IMG/VR virus record: IMGVR_UViG_3300044652_000007
Span: 1 to 44,850 of that record
Length of the DNA stretch: 44,850 nucleotides
Strand: one strand, 5' to 3'
Source: a virus
Taxonomy: Duplodnaviria > Caudoviricetes
Shown: positions 25,488 through 33,730 of the stretch, in pieces
Layout of the letters: each line of letters starts with the position of its first letter
Position numbering within the stretch: the first letter of the stretch is position 1
Translations under genes and position numbers: made by a program
The notes under the pieces: model-generated
Told to the model about the DNA's origin: nothing
Seen by the model: only the letters and a program-made list of their open reading frames with translations
The model's database searches: none

Positions 25488-26764
25488 CAGCGGCTCGCCG
25501 TCAGGGTTTCGGCGTAGTAGATCAGGTCGATATCCATCGTGCGCGACGTGGTGCCGGCGCTCTTGACGATGGCGTACTCGAGCGAGGTCGCGCGCGCGGA
25601 GCCGGTCGGGATGTTCGTCGTGTTCGTCGTCGCGGAGCCGCCGTTGATCGTGCAGGACGCCGACGTGCCGGCGGCGTTGACGGTGATGATGCAGAGGTAG
25701 ATCGTGCCGGCGACGAGCGTGGTCCCGGTGTCGGTCGCGGTCTCGGTGTTGTTCGACCGCGTGACGAACTGGAACTTGCCGCTGTTCGTGCCGTCGGTGT
25801 ACCGCAGGAACACGCCGTCAGTCGGGTTGCCGCCCGCGGCGTCGCCGAAGCCGGCGAACACGGTGAAGGTGTCGGTGCCGTCCGAGACGGTCGGAACGCG
25901 GAAGATGGCGCCGAGCGTGATCGCGCCCTCGCCGAGGATGATCTGCGAGCCAGCGGTGCCCGAGTTGTTGGTGCCGGCGATGGCCTTGCCGGTCGTCGTG
26001 GTGCCCGTCGCGAGCGTGATCCAGCCCGGGTAGCCGGCGACGGCGACGCTGTTGTAGGTGACGGCGGCGCCCGAGCCGCTTGTGCTGTTGCCGATCTTGC
26101 CGCCCGTGCCGCCGAGGAAGTCCTCGACGAACTCGATGACGACCTTCGGGTCGTAGGCCGCCGCCTTGATGAGCGAGCGGAACGTCGCCGCGTCGGCGGC
26201 GGCGGCGAGCGGCGCGAAGAACGACGAGACGGCGTTGCCGCCGATCGCGGCGACGTTCGTCACGCTGCTGCCTGCGCTCTTGGTCACGTCGCCGGTCAGC
26301 GCCGCGGTGTTCGCCGCCGGGAGCGTGCCCGTCAGCGTCGCGGTGGTCAAATTCACCGCGGCGACGGTCGTGGCGTTGGAGCCGGCGGATTTCGTCACGT
26401 CGCCGGTGAGGGCGGCCGTGCGCGCGGTCGCGAGCGTCCCCGTCACGTCGGCGGACGACAGGTCGATCGCGCGCGCCGCGCCGTCCTGCGTGCCGCTGGT
26501 GACGTGGACGAAGCCGGTTCCGGTCGGGGTCGACGCACCGCCGCCGGATCCCTGGGCGGTCAGGCTCTTCCACACCGCCGCGGTCGCGGTGTCGTCCACC
26601 AGGATGAACGCCTCCCCGGAGGTCGTGTTGATCCACTCCTGGCCCTTGGCGTAGCCGAGGCCGGAATCGTCCACCGACGTGGGATCGACCGTCGACAGGT
26701 GCACCGCCGGCATCCCCGAAGACGAGGCGCCGATGCGCAGGCGGTCAGTGACCGCGACGGTCAC
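25487..26764 (-). CDS. Fibre-like virion appendage protein (425 aa)
   Basis: DPTSVDD..GY..GQEWIN...AAVW motif, two 37-aa-period TGTL..A.TAALTGDVTKSAGS repeats, lectin-like Thr/Gly-rich C-domain. Confidence 0.75.
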   Translation of the reverse strand: MTVAVTDRLRIGASSSGMPAVHLSTVDPTSVDDSGLGYAKGQEWINTTSGEAFILVDDTATAAVWKSLTAQGSGGGASTPTGTGFVHVTSGTQDGAARAIDLSSADVTGTLATARTAALTGDVTKSAGSNATTVAAVNLTTATLTGTLPAANTAALTGDVTKSAGSSVTNVAAIGGNAVSSFFAPLAAAADAATFRSLIKAAAYDPKVVIEFVEDFLGGTGGKIGNSTSGSGAAVTYNSVAVAGYPGWITLATGTTTTGKAIAGTNNSGTAGSQIILGEGAITLGAIFRVPTVSDGTDTFTVFAGFGDAAGGNPTDGVFLRYTDGTNSGKFQFVTRSNNTETATDTGTTLVAGTIYLCIITVNAAGTSASCTINGGSATTNTTNIPTGSARATSLEYAIVKSAGTTSRTMDIDLIYYAETLTASR

Positions 26765-27102
26765 TTCTGCACCCCCTGGATGAGCGTGACGGCGGCGCCG
26801 GTGCCGCTGATCGCGGACACGTTGCCGCGCACCTTAAGCCAGGGCGCGTCGGCCGCGAAGCCGTCATGCGCGCTGCCCGAGCCGGAGAGCGTGATCGTGC
26901 CGAGCGTCTCCCAATACGTCTCGGTCTCGTCGAGGGTCACCTGCACCAGCACGGTTGCCGACACGCTGCCCGTGCCCGTCACGATGCCCTGGAAGGTGAG
27001 CTTCGACGTGCCCTTGCCGTGCTGCCACGGCACGTCGAGCACGTACGACGCGCCCGCGCCGGTGCTGGTCACCGCGTTGAGGAGCTTGGTCGCGGCGATC
27101 AT
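26761..27102 (-). CDS. Small beta-sandwich virion protein (113 aa)
   Basis: VSATVLVQVT...WETLGTITLSG...DGF...APWLKVRGNVSAISGTGA; GTGA overlap. Confidence 0.7.
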   Translation of the reverse strand: MIAATKLLNAVTSTGAGASYVLDVPWQHGKGTSKLTFQGIVTGTGSVSATVLVQVTLDETETYWETLGTITLSGSGSAHDGFAADAPWLKVRGNVSAISGTGAAVTLIQGVQK

Positions 27103-27104
27103 GG

Positions 27105-30100
27105 CTAGATGCCCAGGCCGATGGAGCGATGGCCGCCGCCGCCTCCGCCGCCCACGCTGGTGAAGCCGCCGAGGAACGACTGCACCTGCTGGATGACGCC
27201 GGTCGCCAGCGACTGCGATGCGCTCTGGTTCGGGTGGATGCCGTCGATCGCGGCGAAGGTCGCCGTGCCGCTCGGCCCCTGGAGGCCGCGCGCGCCTGTC
27301 AGCCCGAGGTCGACCAGGTACACCAGCGGGTCCGTCTGCCGCTGCGTCGCGACCGCGCTGGCGATCACCGCCTGGTTGTTCTGCGACCAGGGCACGCAGA
27401 CGAAGATGCGCGTCGCCGAGCCGAAGGCGGCGCGCATCGAGGTCAATGTCGTGGTGACATCCGACGCCTGGAGCTGCGCGCCGTTCGCCGCGGTGTCGTT
27501 GTGGCCGTGGTGGATGAACACGTAGTCGAAGCCCGAGCAGTTGCGCGCGACGCCGTTCGACTGGAAGTTGAAGCTGGTCTTCAGGCCGGGGACATTCCCG
27601 TTGGCTGTGTGAATCCAGCCGCCGAAGCCATACCCCACCTGTCCGTACTCGGCGTTCAGCGCGAACGCGATGGGCCGCACGAAGTTGATGTAGCTGTCGT
27701 TGCTGGTCAGGTCGCCGTTGTTGACGTTCAGCGACTCGACGCCCTCGGTGATGGAGTCGCCGTAGAAGATCGCCTTCTTGGCGCGCGGCTCCAAGCTCGT
27801 GCCGACCAGCGACACCGCGACGCCGCCCAGGTCGACGTTGAAGCCAGTCCAGCGCGTCACGTTGACCGGCGTCGTCCACCGATCGGTCGTCTGCTTGGTC
27901 GCCTTCATCCAGATGCGCAGCGTATGCGTCGAGCCGGTCGACAGGCCCGAGGCGAGCACGAGCGGCGACGCCGACGGCTGCGAGGTCTGGATCGGGCCGT
28001 CGTCGATGTACCAGGACAACTTGGGATAGTTGGCCGTGGTGACGCCGGCGCCGGAGAGCGGCGAGAAGTCGAGATTGAGCGACAGGTTCGCCGTGCCGGT
28101 GAACGCGATCTTGAGGTACGCGCCGCAGCACGTGGTCTGCGCGTATCCGGTGTTGGTGCGGTCCCAGTTGCCCGGCGACCAGAACAGGTTGCTGTCGGTG
28201 ATCGGGATCGAGGTCGACGCGCCGGCGACGGCGATCGTGGTGTTGGCGCCGGTCGACGGGTCGGTGATCGTCAGCGTCGCCGGCGCCGAGCCGGCCGACA
28301 CGGTGATCGTCGCCGTCGTGTTGCTGGTGATGTTCTGCGCCGTCTTCGCCGCGCCCGTGCCGCCGGTCAGGCTGAACGACGGGTTGGTGCTCAGCCACGC
28401 GGTGCCGAAGCCGGTCAGGGTGATGACGTTGCCGGTCGTGCCGACGGTGATCGAGCCGGGCGACGCGACGATCGAGCCGTCGGTCGCCGTGAAGTTGTCG
28501 ATGTTGATGCCCGTTGTCGAGGACATCACGCCCTGCGTCCACACGCCCGGCTTGCCCGCGGCGCTCACCGACGAGTCGGTGACGCTCGCGGTCTGCACGC
28601 CCGCCACGTAGCCCTTGATGCTCGTACCGGCGACGGCGAGCTTCACGTGGTAGGTGTTGCCCGCGGTCAGCGTCGCGCCCGTGGTCGAGAGCGTCGTGAC
28701 GACGCCGGCGACGTTGGAGATCAGGCGCCATGCCGTCTGCGCCGGGTCATAGCCGAAGAAGTAGCCCGTCTTGGCTGCGGTGTCGTAGCGCGCGATCAGG
28801 CCGGTGAGGTTGCCGGTGGTGATCGTCTGGACGACGAAATCCGCTTCGACCACGTAGTCCGACGACGCCGGCGTGACGTTGTGGTAATAGACGTTGTCGC
28901 CGCCGTGGTTGGCATGGATGCGATTGGTGCCGACGACGATCGACGCGCCCGAGGTCGATGCGCCGGTGTGCTTCGTCCAGCCCTGCCCGTCGTCGGCCGT
29001 GTGCGCGCTCAGGTCGACGCCGTCCAGGTCGGTGAACGTGTCGTTGGCGTTCATGCCCCCAGTGGGGTCCTGAACCGTGATCGTCGCCGTCGCACCGCTG
29101 TTCGGATCGGTGATGGTGAGCGTGCCCGAGGACGTGCCGGTGCTGATCGTCAGCGTCGCGCTGGTGCCGCTGGCGACAGTCTGCGCGGTGATCGCCGGCC
29201 CGGTGCCCCCCGAGATGGTGAACGTGGGCGAGCCGGGCGTGCCGGCCGTCCAGGTCGTGCCGGTGCCGGTCAGGGTGACGCTGTTACCCGTCGTCGACAC
29301 GTTCAGCGTCGTCGGCGAGCACGTCATCGTCGGGTTGATGACGGCGATGAGCGCGGTGTTGCTGGTCGACGGGTCGGTGATGGTGAGGTTGCCGGTGGCC
29401 GTGCCCGCATCGACGGTCAGCGTGGCGCTCGTCGCGCTCGCCACCGTCTGCGCGGTCTTGGCTGCGCCGGTGCCACCGGTCAGCGTGAAGGTCGGCGATC
29501 CGGGGGTGCCCGATGTCCAGCTCGTGCCGGTCGAGGACAGGCTGATCGCGTTGCCGGTCGTGCCCTTGTAGATCTGCGTCGGGCTGGCGTTGAGCGTCGA
29601 GGTGGGCGCATTCGACACCGTCCAGTTGTCGACGTGCACACCGGTCGTGTTGGTCAGCGCGCCCTGCATCCACAAGCCGGCCTTGCCGACCGAGGCGATC
29701 GACGAGTCGGTCGCGGTGACGCGCAGCGTGCCGTCCACGTACCCGTTGATCGTGGTGCCGCGCATCTCCAGCTTGAAGTGCAGCGTCTGGCCGTTGGTGA
29801 TCGCCGGCGACGGCGTCCAGGTCGCGAGGACGGTCGCGGTGCCCGACACGTTCTTGTAGAGCGCGACGCGCGTGCCGGTCGTGTCCAGCGTGAGCGTGTA
29901 CCCGTTCTTGGTGCCGGTCGAGAAGCGGCCGTTCAGACCAACGAGGTTGCCGGACACCAGCGTCTGGACGACGTAGTCGGCCTCCACGTCGTAGTCGGCC
30001 GAGGCCGGCGTCACCGAGTGGTGGTAGATGTTGTCGCTGGTGTGGTTCGCGCGGATGCGGTTGGTCGCGATGACCGCCGACGCGCCCGCGGTGGAAGCGC

Positions 30101-30191
30101 TGTTCTTGGTCCACGTGCCGCCGTCATCCGACGTGTGCGCCGTGATGTCGGTGCCGTCCGTGCCCGTGAACGTGTCGTTGGCGATCGTCAT
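27105..30191 (-). CDS. Multidomain head-spike-like protein: 2 lectin-like domains, 3 Ig-like repeats, SGNH/GDSL esterase (1028 aa)
   Basis: Internal repeats ANDTFT..DG.D..AHT.DDG (x2) and SP.....GTTGN.I.L...GT.W (x3); FYGDSITEG, HGHND, DGIHPN catalytic blocks; GGAGG RBS. Confidence 0.85.
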   Translation of the reverse strand: MTIANDTFTGTDGTDITAHTSDDGGTWTKNSASTAGASAVIATNRIRANHTSDNIYHHSVTPASADYDVEADYVVQTLVSGNLVGLNGRFSTGTKNGYTLTLDTTGTRVALYKNVSGTATVLATWTPSPAITNGQTLHFKLEMRGTTINGYVDGTLRVTATDSSIASVGKAGLWMQGALTNTTGVHVDNWTVSNAPTSTLNASPTQIYKGTTGNAISLSSTGTSWTSGTPGSPTFTLTGGTGAAKTAQTVASATSATLTVDAGTATGNLTITDPSTSNTALIAVINPTMTCSPTTLNVSTTGNSVTLTGTGTTWTAGTPGSPTFTISGGTGPAITAQTVASGTSATLTISTGTSSGTLTITDPNSGATATITVQDPTGGMNANDTFTDLDGVDLSAHTADDGQGWTKHTGASTSGASIVVGTNRIHANHGGDNVYYHNVTPASSDYVVEADFVVQTITTGNLTGLIARYDTAAKTGYFFGYDPAQTAWRLISNVAGVVTTLSTTGATLTAGNTYHVKLAVAGTSIKGYVAGVQTASVTDSSVSAAGKPGVWTQGVMSSTTGINIDNFTATDGSIVASPGSITVGTTGNVITLTGFGTAWLSTNPSFSLTGGTGAAKTAQNITSNTTATITVSAGSAPATLTITDPSTGANTTIAVAGASTSIPITDSNLFWSPGNWDRTNTGYAQTTCCGAYLKIAFTGTANLSLNLDFSPLSGAGVTTANYPKLSWYIDDGPIQTSQPSASPLVLASGLSTGSTHTLRIWMKATKQTTDRWTTPVNVTRWTGFNVDLGGVAVSLVGTSLEPRAKKAIFYGDSITEGVESLNVNNGDLTSNDSYINFVRPIAFALNAEYGQVGYGFGGWIHTANGNVPGLKTSFNFQSNGVARNCSGFDYVFIHHGHNDTAANGAQLQASDVTTTLTSMRAAFGSATRIFVCVPWSQNNQAVIASAVATQRQTDPLVYLVDLGLTGARGLQGPSGTATFAAIDGIHPNQSASQSLATGVIQQVQSFLGGFTSVGGGGGGGHRSIGLGI

Positions 30192-30217
30192 GGCCTCGTG
30201 CCTCCGTCGTCAGCGGC

Positions 30218-30502
30218 TCAGAACAGAGCGACGATGCCCGAACAGGTCGTGTTGGTCTGCATCACGAAGGCGCACGCGAGCGGCATGATGCTGCCCGAGG
30301 GAATGTTCGTGAACGTGCGCGCGACGTTGTCGCCGACGAGCTGCACCGAGAGGTTGCCGCCGGTGCCGATCCACAGCGCGCGGGTCGTGACCGGGAGCTG
30401 GGTGGTGTCGTTCGGCGTGATGTCCGCCGAGGAACTCGCCGGCGCGTTCGGATGGGAGCCGGCCGGGTAGGAGCTGTTCGCGGTGTAGAGTGAGACGCCC
30501 AT
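30218..30502 (-). CDS. Head spike base protein, RcGTA Rcc01079-like (94 aa)
   Basis: ADITPNDTTQL...TRALWIGTGGNLSV...TFTNIPSGSIMP...VMQTNTTCSGIVALF; AAGGA RBS. Confidence 0.82.
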   Translation of the reverse strand: MGVSLYTANSSYPAGSHPNAPASSSADITPNDTTQLPVTTRALWIGTGGNLSVQLVGDNVARTFTNIPSGSIMPLACAFVMQTNTTCSGIVALF

Positions 30503-30522
30503 CGGGGTGTTCCTTCACGACA

Positions 30523-30547
30523 AAGGGCGGGCTCGTGGCCCGCCCTT
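30523..30547 (-). terminator. Intrinsic terminator-like hairpin after the capsid/cement genes
   Basis: AAGGGCGGGC-TCGTG-GCCCGCCCTT perfect 10-bp stem; short U-run on the minus strand. Confidence 0.65.
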
Positions 30548-30576
30548 CGGTTGGTCAGCGCAGGTTGGTCAGCGTC

Positions 30577-30753
30577 TCAGCCCTTCGGGCGTTCCTTCGG
30601 TTGCTGGACGACGAGCGGCTTGGGGCCTTCGAGGATCTCCATCCACTGGCCCGGCCGAACGCCGGGCGGCAGATCGAACACGTCGCCGGCTTCCCGCTCG
30701 CTGCCGCAGAAGCCGCGAACCTTCGCGCGCACTCGCCACTTCTGGTCGCTCAC
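30577..30753 (-). CDS. Small conserved head-module protein (58 aa; absent from the ORF track)
   Basis: Manual translation MSDQKWRVRAKVRGFCGSEREAGDVFDLPPGVRPGQWMEILEGPKPLVVQQPKERPKG. Confidence 0.7.
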   Translation of the reverse strand: MSDQKWRVRAKVRGFCGSEREAGDVFDLPPGVRPGQWMEILEGPKPLVVQQPKERPKG

Positions 30754-30764
30754 TCAGCCCCCGC

Positions 30765-31205
30765 TCACGACACCGTGAAGCCCGAGGCCGGGTACCGGTT
30801 GTCCTGGCCGCCCTGCGCGATGGCGGCGGTGATCGCGCCCGCGGTCATCGGGCCGGTCGCGACCGTGTAGATCAGGCCGAGGTAGCGCAGCGGCGCGACG
30901 CCCGAGGGCAGGCGCGGGACCGGGATCTGGAGGCGGTAGCCGGCGACCAGCGTCGCCTTGCCGATCGCCCCCGAGTCCCAGATCACCGTCGGCGAGGTCA
31001 GGCCGGTCGCGGCGCTGGCGACGAACTGGATGTCCAGCGTCGCCGAGCCGCTCGCGGTGAAGGCCGTGTCCACCTGGAGGACCAGGTAGGGCACAGTGCC
31101 CGCGCCGATGTCGCGCGCGACCGCGAGGTCGTACACGTTGGTGCTGTTGGCGGTCGAGGTGATCGCCTGCGCTTCGCTGAACATCGCCTGCGCGTCGAGG
31201 ATCAT
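30765..31205 (-). CDS. Capsid cement protein, Bbp16-like (146 aa)
   Basis: MILDAQAMFSEAQAITSTANSTNVYDL...RDIGAG...RYLGLIYTVATGPMTAGAITA; follows the major capsid gene. Confidence 0.88.
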   Translation of the reverse strand: MILDAQAMFSEAQAITSTANSTNVYDLAVARDIGAGTVPYLVLQVDTAFTASGSATLDIQFVASAATGLTSPTVIWDSGAIGKATLVAGYRLQIPVPRLPSGVAPLRYLGLIYTVATGPMTAGAITAAIAQGGQDNRYPASGFTVS

Positions 31206-31228
31206 GGATGCTCCGGAGAGAGGTTCGG

Positions 31229-31245
31229 GTAGCCGATCGGGATAC
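31229..31245. promoter_or_regulatory. 17-bp operator between major capsid and cement genes
   Basis: GTAGCCGATCGGGATAC in a 46-bp intergenic gap. Confidence 0.68.
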
Positions 31246-31251
31246 CGCGGA

Positions 31252-32247
31252 TCAGACGACGCGGGCTTCGGTGCCGAGGATCTGGTCGACCGTGCGGACT
31301 GGGATGCCGCGGAAGCTGGTGACGGGCTTGCCGTCGACGTTGTCCACGGTCAGCGTGTACGACGCCTTGTTCAGCGCCTGGATGTCGAGCATCTCGCGGA
31401 CGGTGCGGTTGGCGTAGAACACCGGGGTGCCCAGGCCGAGGCTCGGCACGCGCGCGAGCATCTTGATCATCACCTTGACGATGTCGGCCGCGCTCGACTC
31501 GGAGACGAGGTTGGACACGTCGATGTTCGCGGCGCGCACCGCGTAGCGCCAGTCGCGCACGCTGAGGCCCACCTTGGCCTGGTAGCGGTCGCGGTACGCG
31601 CGCATGCGGTTGCCGGCGAGGCCGGCGGTCGTCTCGACGGTCTCCACGCCGAGGTCGTCATGGACGATGCCGGCCTTGCTCCCCTTCGGGAAGATGCCGT
31701 GCACCGTGTTGGCGCCCCACACGATCAGCCAGATCGAGGTATTGTCCGAGCCCGTGCCGCCGCAGTCGATGATGTTCTGCGCGGTGCCGGCGCTCAGGGA
31801 GTTGTACCGGGGCGTGAGGCCCAGGAACTTCTCCTTGGTGACGGTGTCGTCGCCGTACAGCAGCGTGCCGGCGATGTTCTGCGACATCGTCTCGATGAAC
31901 GGCTGCGACTCGGACAGGCGGAACGCGTTGGTGTTGCCGTTCAGCTCGGCGAGGTCGACATCGACCTCCGACCACGCTTCGAGGATGCCGCAGCGGTCGT
32001 CCACCTGGACCGTGGTGCTCTTCGAGGGCTGGACGCCCTGGTTGAGCTGCTTCCAGGCCGCGGTGGGCAGGCCGGTGCGCATCGTGGTGCGGTGGCCGGT
32101 GGGCAGGTTGCCCTCCATCCACAGCGCGTCCGCGTAGATCTCGTTCATCTGCGAGAGCATCTCGACGATGACCGGGACCTGGCCGTCGGGGTCGAGACGC
32201 TTCGCCCAGTCGACGAGGGTGAGCGCGGAGGCGCCGAGAGTGGCCAT
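31252..32247 (-). CDS. Major capsid protein, BPP-1 Bbp17-like (331 aa)
   Basis: TLVDWAKRLDPDG...EGNLPTGHRTTMRTGLP...DNTSIWLIVWG...RDWRYAVRAANID...FRGIPVR. Confidence 0.93.
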   Translation of the reverse strand: MATLGASALTLVDWAKRLDPDGQVPVIVEMLSQMNEIYADALWMEGNLPTGHRTTMRTGLPTAAWKQLNQGVQPSKSTTVQVDDRCGILEAWSEVDVDLAELNGNTNAFRLSESQPFIETMSQNIAGTLLYGDDTVTKEKFLGLTPRYNSLSAGTAQNIIDCGGTGSDNTSIWLIVWGANTVHGIFPKGSKAGIVHDDLGVETVETTAGLAGNRMRAYRDRYQAKVGLSVRDWRYAVRAANIDVSNLVSESSAADIVKVMIKMLARVPSLGLGTPVFYANRTVREMLDIQALNKASYTLTVDNVDGKPVTSFRGIPVRTVDQILGTEARVV

Positions 32248-32250
32248 TGA

Positions 32251-32868
32251 TCAGCCCTTTGCGGAGGTGGGGAACATCACGTCGGCCGGATCGCGCTTGG
32301 CGTTCGGCGCGGCGGTGGTGGGGAGCGGCCGGTCCTCGCCCATGGCGCGACCGATCGCAGCCATGAAGCGGACCAGCTCGGGATGGTTGCCGAGGCCAGT
32401 CTGGTTGAGCGCGTTGCGGAACGACTCGGTGCCGAAGCGCGACAGCACGCGCTGCGCGTTGGCGAGCGTCGTGGGCAGGTTCTGGCCGCCGATGTCCTTG
32501 TCGGCCTTGGTCTGCTCCAGCCACTGCTGCGGCAGCGCGGCGAGCTTCGCCTGCTCGGCCTCGGCCGCGGCCTTCCGCTCGGCGACGCGCTCGTCGAGCA
32601 GCGCCTGGGCGGCCTCCTGCGACAGCGAGTGCTTCTTGGCGAAGTCCTCGATGCCCTTGGCGTCGAAGCCCTCCGGCACGGTCAGCTTGATCTCGGGCGC
32701 GAGCAGCGTCGCCGCCTTGTCGGCCGGCTTCGCCTCGACCTTCGTCGCGTCGGGCTTCGCCTGCTCGGTGGCCGTCGGCTGCACCGGCTTGCCATCGGCG
32801 GGCGGCGTCGCGGGGGCGGCCGGAGCCGCATCCTTCTTCGCGTCGCCTGCGTTCGCACCATCCGGCAT
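32251..32868 (-). CDS. Capsid scaffolding protein (205 aa)
   Basis: Low-complexity N-terminus, LSQEAAQAL, KADKDIGG, TGLGNHPELVRFM..IGRAMGED; directly upstream of the capsid gene. Confidence 0.85.
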   Translation of the reverse strand: MPDGANAGDAKKDAAPAAPATPPADGKPVQPTATEQAKPDATKVEAKPADKAATLLAPEIKLTVPEGFDAKGIEDFAKKHSLSQEAAQALLDERVAERKAAAEAEQAKLAALPQQWLEQTKADKDIGGQNLPTTLANAQRVLSRFGTESFRNALNQTGLGNHPELVRFMAAIGRAMGEDRPLPTTAAPNAKRDPADVMFPTSAKG

Positions 32869-32881
32869 GGTGCCAGTCAGG

Positions 32882-32898
32882 GTATCCCATCGGGATAC
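32882..32898. promoter_or_regulatory. Perfect 17-bp operator upstream of scaffold/capsid
   Basis: GTATCCC-ATC-GGGATAC, 13 bp from the scaffold ATG. Confidence 0.75.
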
Positions 32899-32913
32899 TC
32901 GTCGATGGATCAG

Positions 32914-33210
32914 TTAGGGAGACGCCGCGTTGAAGTACCGCCAGCCCTCGGCGCGCACCGCGCGGTGGAAGGCCCAGGCCCACAGGCCCAGCCACGCGCG
33001 CGAGTACCAGGGCCGCCCGGCGATGGCCTCGCGCATCAACGCCAGGAAGCGATCGTCCGCGGCCTTGCGATCGGCCGGCGTGCCACCCTGCGTGTACAGC
33101 CGGTCGTGCTCGCGGCAGGCGTCCTTGAACACGAACTGCGGGAGGTGTGCCCAGCCGGGCAGCTTCGACCGCCAGCACTGCGGCCCGCACGGGCAGGGAT
33201 CGTCGCTCAC
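32914..33210 (-). CDS. Prokaryotic phospholipase A2-like protein (98 aa)
   Basis: CGP...FKDACREHDRLY..GGT.ADRKAADDRF...M...FHRAVRAEG; GTGA overlap with GGAGGA RBS. Confidence 0.7.
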   Translation of the reverse strand: MSDDPCPCGPQCWRSKLPGWAHLPQFVFKDACREHDRLYTQGGTPADRKAADDRFLALMREAIAGRPWYSRAWLGLWAWAFHRAVRAEGWRYFNAASP

Positions 33211-33530
33211 TCGTCCTCCGGCAGCTCGACGGTCGGCTTGGCGGCTTCCTTCGCGGCTTCTCGATCCGCCTCGGCCTTGGCGAGCATCAGCGACGCCATG
33301 GTGCCGGGTGCGACCGATTCGAGGTCGGCGACCAGCTCGATCGCGATGCGCCGCTGCCCGTCGCGGATTGCCGCCATCTCGATGCCGTCGCCCTGGACCA
33401 CCGGCGCGATCCAGCCGGTACGGTCGATCAGTCGCCACACGAAGCGACGGAACGACGGCAGTGCGATCAGCTCCTTGAGGTCGACGCGCATCGCCGCGGC
33501 TTCGGTCCTCTGCTTCGCGCTCTGTCTCAC
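33207..33530 (-). CDS. Bbp19-like head-module protein (107 aa)
   Basis: DLKELIALPSFRRFVWRLIDRTG...DGQRRIAIEL; position after portal. Confidence 0.75.
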   Translation of the reverse strand: MRQSAKQRTEAAAMRVDLKELIALPSFRRFVWRLIDRTGWIAPVVQGDGIEMAAIRDGQRRIAIELVADLESVAPGTMASLMLAKAEADREAAKEAAKPTVELPEDE

Positions 33531-33730
33531 GGCTTCACCATGCGGTAGTGGGTGGATCCGCCGATCAGTACGCGCTCGACCTCGCGCGCGGCGAGCAGCC
33601 GATCCAGCGCGGTGACCAGCTCATCACGCGCGCCGAGCCCGCCGAGCGCATCGCGCATCACGGTGTAGGTCGTCGGCTGTCGCCGGCAGAGCGTGAGCAC
33701 GACCGCCTCGACCGTCTCGACGGCGATCAT
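33527..33730 (-). CDS. Hypothetical protein, possibly wHTH (67 aa)
   Basis: ATGA/GTGA coupling to portal and Bbp19-like genes. Confidence 0.6.
   Translation of the reverse strand: MIAVETVEAVVLTLCRRQPTTYTVMRDALGGLGARDELVTALDRLLAAREVERVLIGGSTHYRMVKP

Noticed and set aside
27105-30191. DNA repeats as CRISPR array or mobile repeats
   Set aside because: They are degenerate in-frame protein domain duplications, with no identical repeats separated by unique spacers
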